DNA from: an uncultured Chloroflexia bacterium
GTDB taxonomy: Bacteria > Chloroflexota > Anaerolineae > CG2-30-64-16
Length of the DNA: 64,000 nucleotides
Direction: 5' to 3'
Assembly (NCBI GenBank): GCA_963810095.1
Contig: CAWEMM010000012.1
Span: 224,001-288,000 of the forward strand
Shown here: positions 58,498 through 64,000 of the stretch, one piece after another
Layout of the letters: each line of letters opens with the position of its first letter
Position numbering within the stretch: position 1 is the stretch's first letter
Program-made: the position numbers and the translations under genes
The notes under the pieces: generated by a model
The model's database searches: none
The model's input: the letters and a program-made list of their open reading frames with translations, nothing else
Told to the model about the DNA's origin: nothing

Positions 58498-58618
58498 GGC
58501 GCGGGTGAGACATGACAGGACGCAAACGACGCAGACAGGGATGAATCGACAGGACCTATGTCAATAGCGGCCCGTAAATCCACCCCATCGGCGTCATCCG
58601 CGTCCTGTTCGTTCGTTC

Positions 58619-61600
58619 CTACTGTTTCACGATCCTGCCTTCGACCACCGGGCCCACCGGCGAGTTGTCCGCCACGTAGTTCACCGCCAGGTTCAGCAGG
58701 TCGTCGCCCGGCTGCAGCACGTTCGTGCCCTGGCCGAACACCGTGTACCCGTCGCCGCCGCCGTACATGAAGTCGTTGGTGACGAAGCGCACCGAGTCGC
58801 CCGGGGCGATCGGGGTCGCCGGGCCACCCATCCCCTGCGGCGTCTTCCACATGCCGGTCACGACCGGGGTCGTGCCGTTGCACGTGTAGGTCGCCTTCAG
58901 GCCCGCGATCTGCGGGAAGCGGCCGGTGGCGATGGCCGTGTTGCACGCGGGCGAGAACCCGTTCAGGAACGCCTGCTCGAGCTGCGCGCCGGTGAGCGTG
59001 AGGATCACGGTCCGGTTGCCGAACGGCAGCACGGAGAACATCTCGCCCCACGTGATCTCGCACGGCGCCTCGCCCGCGCTCGGCGGCGTGCAGTTCAGGT
59101 CGGCCCGCAGGCCGCCCGAGTTGGTGTACGCGCCGTCGATGTTGGCGTACGACTTCCACATCGCGTCCGCCACCATGTTGCCCATCGCCGACTCAAGCAG
59201 CCGCGACGGCGCCCGCTTGATGTCGAACTGCTGCGTGCCGATCACCTGGTTGCGCAGGATCGCAGTCTGTGCGTTCGCATCGTCCACGATCGCCTGCACG
59301 TCGGGCCGGGGCGCCACGCCGATGGTCTTGGCAACCCGGGTCGCCGCGCCCGCCCATTCCACGTCCTGGTCGTGGATCACCAGCTGCCCCACGGAGTAGC
59401 TGGCCCCTGCATTCAGCCCTTCCGCAATCAGGATGCGGCCCTGCATGAAGTTTGCGATCCGGTGCGTGTGCCCCGCAAAGATCGCGTCCACCTGCGTGTC
59501 CTGGATCTTGTTTGCGATGGTCACGATCGGGCCGTCCCACGGGGTCGGCGTCGTGCCGTCCACCGCGTTGTTGCCCACCACTGCGCCCTGGTGGATCAGG
59601 ACAATCTGGATCTTTACCCCCTGCTGGCGCAGCTTCTCAGACTCGGCCCGGATGGTATCGGCCTCGTCCAGGAAGTTCAGGCCGGCCGTGGCCCCGGCGC
59701 TCACCAGCTCGGGCGTCTCCTTCAGCTCGATGCCGATCACGCCGATCCGCTGCGTTGCCGAAGTCAAAGACCTTCGTCCCCTGCACCCACTCGGGGTTGA
59801 GCCCCGTCACCGCGTCCACGATGTTTGCGCCCAGGAAGGGGAAGGTGGCCCGCGCCTGCTGTTCCAGCAGCCGCTGCACGCCGTAGTCGAACTCGTGGTT
59901 GCCGTACGATGTCGCGTCGAGCCCCCACGCGTTCTCCACGTCGATCGCGGGCATGTCCTTCAACAGCCCGGAGTTGGCGGGCGAGGCGCCCACATTGTCG
60001 CCCGACGCGAACAGGAACGCGGGACCGGCAAATGCCGCCGCCTCCTCGTCGAACATGGTCGCGAGCTGCCCCGCGCCGCCCACCAGCACGTTGCGCCCGT
60101 CCATCGTCGTCGTCGTCGAGTCGAGCTGGCCGTGGAAGTCGGTCAGCGCCAGCACCGGCACCAGCGTGCGCGACTCGCTGCCCCGCAGCAGGTCAAGCCG
60201 GACGACGCCCTGCGAATGCTGGGGCATCGGCACCTTCAGGATGTACGCGGCGGTGGGCGCAAGGTCGATCGTCCGCAGGCTGAACTCGCCCTTGGCAATG
60301 TTCTGCCCGCCCGCCAGGAACGTGGCCCGCATGTTGATGCTGGCCGCCAGGTTCTGCACGTCGGGCACGTAGCCGTGCTGGCCGAAGAACGCCGAACGGG
60401 CGACCAGGGTGCCCGGGGTCGCGGCATCGAACTGGTAGGGCGGGTACGCAAACACGACCAGGTCGCCGGTGCGGGTCGGGTGCGCCATGTCCGCGGTGCA
60501 GTTGGGGCCGTTCGGGATGTAGCGCGCCTCGGCCTTGGTGTACATCCGGTCGATCATCTTCCAGCTTTCGGGCTGGCCGTCGCCGGTCCAGTCGTTCGGG
60601 TCGGTCAGCGCGCCAGAATGCCGCCTTGATTGCGGCGACGGTCGATGCCTCGTCGGTCGCAGCCACCTGCTGCAGCCCGCCGCCCGCCGGGTCGCGGCCG
60701 GCCAGGTTCAGGTAGATCTGCACGGTCCCGCCGGCCCAGCACGCCTTCGCCTTGCCGATGGTCTCGCCGGTGGCCGGGCGGCAGTTGGACGTCTGCGGCT
60801 TGGAGAGCAGGCCCAGGTCGACCAGCACCTTGCTCGCGTCGATCGCCAGGAACTGCGGCGCAAAGCCGTGGTCCGACGCGACAAAGGTCGTGGCCTGCTT
60901 CGGCATCAGACGACTGGACCAGGCCCAGCGTCGCGTCCGCGCCCTGGTACGCCCGGCGCAGGAACCCTCGCGCTGGCGCCACCCGGCCGTCGGGCGTGCC
61001 GTTCACCTGCACGTCGTCATACGCCGGGTTCGGCTGGCCGTTGTGCAGGGTCGGCAGACCAGGCCGAGGAACTGGTGCTGGAACTCGTCGGTGGTGGGGT
61101 AGCCGACGAGCGCCAGGTCGGGCTGGTAGATGCCGAGGATGTACTTGATCAGCGGGTAGGCAGACGCTTCCCAGTACAGGCCTTGCTCGACGTACGTCTC
61201 CTCGCTCGACGATCGCCCGCTTCGAGGATGGCGAAGTCGGCCGAGCCTGGAGGACGGGGAACTTCTGCGCCACGTACTCCTCGAAGTCGCCCGTAAAGCC
61301 GGGTTCGCCCGGCCAGCCGGTCCAGGTCGCGATCGCCCGGGTCACCGACGTGTGGAACAGGCGGACCTTCGAGAGGTCGGGCGCGAGTTCTTCGACCTTG
61401 ACCAGGAATGCCCGCGGTCTTGCCGTCGAGCGCGCCGCCCGAGATCTTCACCTTGACGTCGCCCCACTGGCCCTTCGCCAGCGTCGCCACCGCCTTCGCC
61501 CCGTTCTTCTCGGCGCAAAGAGCACCCTGTCGTAGTTGACCTGCTTGTCGTTGGTCGAGTCGAAGATGTAGGCGTTCAGCCCGTACTTGTCGATGCCCGC

Positions 61601-62346
61601 GTCGAGCACCCGCAGCCGCATCTCCTTGGCGGGGCTGTAGGATCTTCGGCGTGTTGGTCCACCCGCTCGCGTCAACCGGCGCGGCGCCCGCAAATGGCGC
61701 TTGTCCCGCAAATCCGGCCGGATGATCGAACTGCAGGCCAAACGACGCGACGAAGGCCGCGTTGTCGTCGGGGCTGATGTAGTTCGTCGCCACGCCCCGG
61801 CCCGAGAAGAAGTTGCGGTAGTCGACGGTGGGCCCGGCGATGGTCGCGCCTCGGCCCCCCGCCCATTCGAACTGCACGACCTTCTTGCCCCCGCGCTCCG
61901 CGGCCTGCGCCAGCGTTTCCGCCTGGAGCACGCCCGGGTCGAACGCGGCCGTGCGGTTGCTGAACGGCCGCGCCATTCATGTGGAAGGTGTTGTTGGTCG
62001 AGCCGGTGACGGCCGGCCATGCGCCCGTTGCCAGGCTATACCAGCCCGCGCCGGTGTTCGGCGGCGCCTGGGTGAGCAGGCCGCCGTCGCTTGCGATGGC
62101 GCCCTTCTTCATCAGGTCTGCGAAAGTGGGCAGGAGGCCCTGCGACACGTAGTCGGCGACACGGTTTTGCATCAGGCCGTCGGAGGCAAAGAAGACGAGG
62201 CTTTCGCCCTTGTCCGCCTGCGCTGCGGCAGGCGCGGCGCCGGCAAGCGCCTCTCCGGCGGGCGCTGCTGCCGCACCCACGGCAGACAGGATCAGCAGCA
62301 CGATCATCACCAACACGATGCCACTCTGGCGTCTGGAGAATCTCAC
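58619..62346 (-). CDS. Secreted fusion of an alkaline phosphatase-superfamily phosphodiesterase and a 5'-nucleotidase (frameshifted)
   Basis: Signal peptide; [28 protein letters not shown]; then DFHG, SGD, GNHEFD, IH, GHTH, ESAMGN..AD, NSGGLR, PFGN, GGDGY. Confidence 0.88.
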
Positions 62347-62509
62347 TTTCCCACTCCTTCTCAATTCGATCGGATGTGTCGCCCTGGGAGCTGCGGCATC
62401 GCTCCCCGGCGTCCGGCCCGGGGGCCGTCGGCGGAAGCATCAGTTCTCAAGCGCCATTCTACTGCTTTTCTGATTATAGACAAGTATGGCACGTTCCTCG
62501 AATTTACTT

Positions 62510-62544
62510 AAAACAAATCGCCGCCGGTTTCCCGGGCGGCGATG
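62510..62544 (-). terminator. Rho-independent terminator after the ABC permease
   Basis: Minus strand atcgccgcc-cgggaaacc-ggcggcgat followed by ttgtttt. Confidence 0.65.
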
Positions 62545-62580
62545 CTTCCTGTTATTTCCCTGTAAAACAGGGAAACCCTG

Positions 62581-63825
62581 CTACCGTCCCCGCAGCTCGC
62601 TGGCGATCCGCCCCCAGCTGATGCTGGCGCTGGAGAGCAGCGTGTCGGCCCGGAAGAAGCGGGCGGCCAGCAGGACGAACAGGTATGCGGTGATCACCAG
62701 GCCGGCCAGCGCGACGAACGGCTGCCATGGGGGCACACCGCCGGTCGCCAGCCGCGTCACCATCGCGGTCGGCGCAGTCAGCGGGAAGAGGCTCAGCACG
62801 GTGGCTGCCACGCCGTGCGGGTCCTGGAAGAACACGTTGTTGAGCCACAACGGGATCAGAAGCGGGATCAGCAGGACGAACGTGAACTGCGACCCCTCGC
62901 GCATGGTCGGCGCCAGCGCTCCGAGCGCACCCAGGGCCGCCGCGTACAGGATATAGCCGAAGATGAAGAAGAGCCCCGCCCACGCGAAGAACGCAAGCGA
63001 CAAGCCCTTCCCCGCCAGCGCGGTCGCCGCAGCCGCCCCGCCGACCAGCAGGAACTGTCCGCCTCCCATCCAGATCGTCATCTGCAGCAGTGCGATCGCG
63101 CCCAGGCCGACGACCTTGCCCAGCATCAACTCCCGCGGCGAGAGGCTTGTCAGCAGCAGTTCCGCGGTCCGGTTCTCCTTCTCGCGGCTGACGCTCTGGA
63201 GCATGTACCCCGCGCTCATCGTGATGATGAAGAAGAGGATGAACATGACCGCAAAGGGCAGGATGAAGTCGGTGAACTGCGCCTCGGCGCGGTTCTTTGG
63301 CTGCGTCTCGCCCACCGGCGCCAGGCTGCGCTCGTCCATGTTGGCGATCGGCGCGGCGATCGCCGCGGCCGCCGGCGATGCCCCGGCCAGGTTGTAGCGC
63401 AGGACGTACTCGAGCTGGCCGTTGCCGGCGACGCCTGAGATGGGCGAGGGGTGCTCCGACACGGCCACAACCTTGCCCGTCTCCCGGAAGTCCGCCGGGA
63501 TCAGGAAGTAGTGCGGAATTTCGCCCGACGTCAGCGCGGCCTTCGCCGACGCCTCGTCCGGATACACTTTGAACTGGGAGCGCATATCGGTGGGGATTGT
63601 CTGGATGATGCCCGCCAGGTCCACATAGGGCACGGCGGGCCCGCGCAGCGCCGCGGTGACGGCGGTCGAGGCCTCCGTGATCGTGCGCTGTGCGAAGACC
63701 TGCGGCAGGAATGTAAACACCATGATCATGATGGGAAAGACGAACGTGAAGAACCAGAACGACGGCTTCCGCAGCATGCTGATCACTTCGTACTTGATGA
63801 CGATGCCAACGTTGCGCGCTTTCAT
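62581..63825 (-). CDS. ABC-2 type (NatB-like) permease
   Basis: SVSREKENRTAELLLTS..LMLGK, PLTAP..MVTR; six-TM layout; intact ORF. Confidence 0.92.
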   Translation of the reverse strand: MKARNVGIVIKYEVISMLRKPSFWFFTFVFPIMIMVFTFLPQVFAQRTITEASTAVTAALRGPAVPYVDLAGIIQTIPTDMRSQFKVYPDEASAKAALTSGEIPHYFLIPADFRETGKVVAVSEHPSPISGVAGNGQLEYVLRYNLAGASPAAAAIAAPIANMDERSLAPVGETQPKNRAEAQFTDFILPFAVMFILFFIITMSAGYMLQSVSREKENRTAELLLTSLSPRELMLGKVVGLGAIALLQMTIWMGGGQFLLVGGAAAATALAGKGLSLAFFAWAGLFFIFGYILYAAALGALGALAPTMREGSQFTFVLLIPLLIPLWLNNVFFQDPHGVAATVLSLFPLTAPTAMVTRLATGGVPPWQPFVALAGLVITAYLFVLLAARFFRADTLLSSASISWGRIASELRGR

Positions 63826-64000
63826 GACGCTTGCCTCCCGGCGCTCGGTGCTGGGGCCGCCTTGCGCTCCGCACGCAGCAGCCCCGGCAGCGCGGCCAGG
63901 CTCAGCGGCTGGCCGTAGCGCAGCATGCCCATGCGGAACACGCGTGCTGCCAACCAGATGCTGCCCACGGCCGCAACAACCAGGATCAGGAAGCTCAGGC
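63822..64000 (-). CDS. C-terminus of a second ABC-2 permease (partial)
   Basis: LILVVAAVGSIWLAARVFRMGMLRYG; ATGA overlap with the next permease. Confidence 0.8.
   Translation of the reverse strand, partial: LSFLILVVAAVGSIWLAARVFRMGMLRYGQPLSLAALPGLLRAERKAAPAPSAGRQAS

Overview
High-GC bacterial DNA. The gene repertoire (Tad locus without a secretin, Pro/Thr-stalked surface proteins, URO-D-family gene) suggests Chloroflexota/Anaerolineae; this is inference. Most genes are split by single-base indels but read through as intact proteins when frames are joined, so this looks like unpolished long-read error, and coordinates of split genes are reconstructed and approximate. In order: NarL-type two-component pair; secreted-protein cluster (two paralogous propeller-like proteins, lipoprotein, RCC1-PxKF protein); MarR plus heterodimeric ABC exporter; 7.5 kb giant repeat surface protein; SBBP propeller protein; orphan CpaE/TadZ paralogue apparently fused to a transmembrane/extracellular stalk, plus a free paralogue of that extracellular domain; phage-type replication initiator with DnaC-like loader; lower-GC cassette of two GT-C-like membrane proteins, a prenyltransferase-fold protein, DUF362 and a CPBP protein; HK/OmpR pair; a monoderm-type Tad pilus locus (flp, tadE, cpaB, cpaE, tadB, tadC, TPR-PD40, tadA, tadE, tadG, prepilin peptidase, DUF192) with a stand-alone DnaB-like ATPase and a NERD-like membrane protein embedded; URO-D-family gene; phosphodiesterase/5'-nucleotidase fusion; ABC-2 permeases. 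Several intergenic repeat families occur. No tRNA, rRNA, CRISPR, integrase or transposase was seen. The best candidate for an undescribed system is the extended Tad locus (about 23-56 kb): a putative pilin-modification cassette, a DnaB-fold accessory ATPase and a membrane-spanning CpaE fusion.
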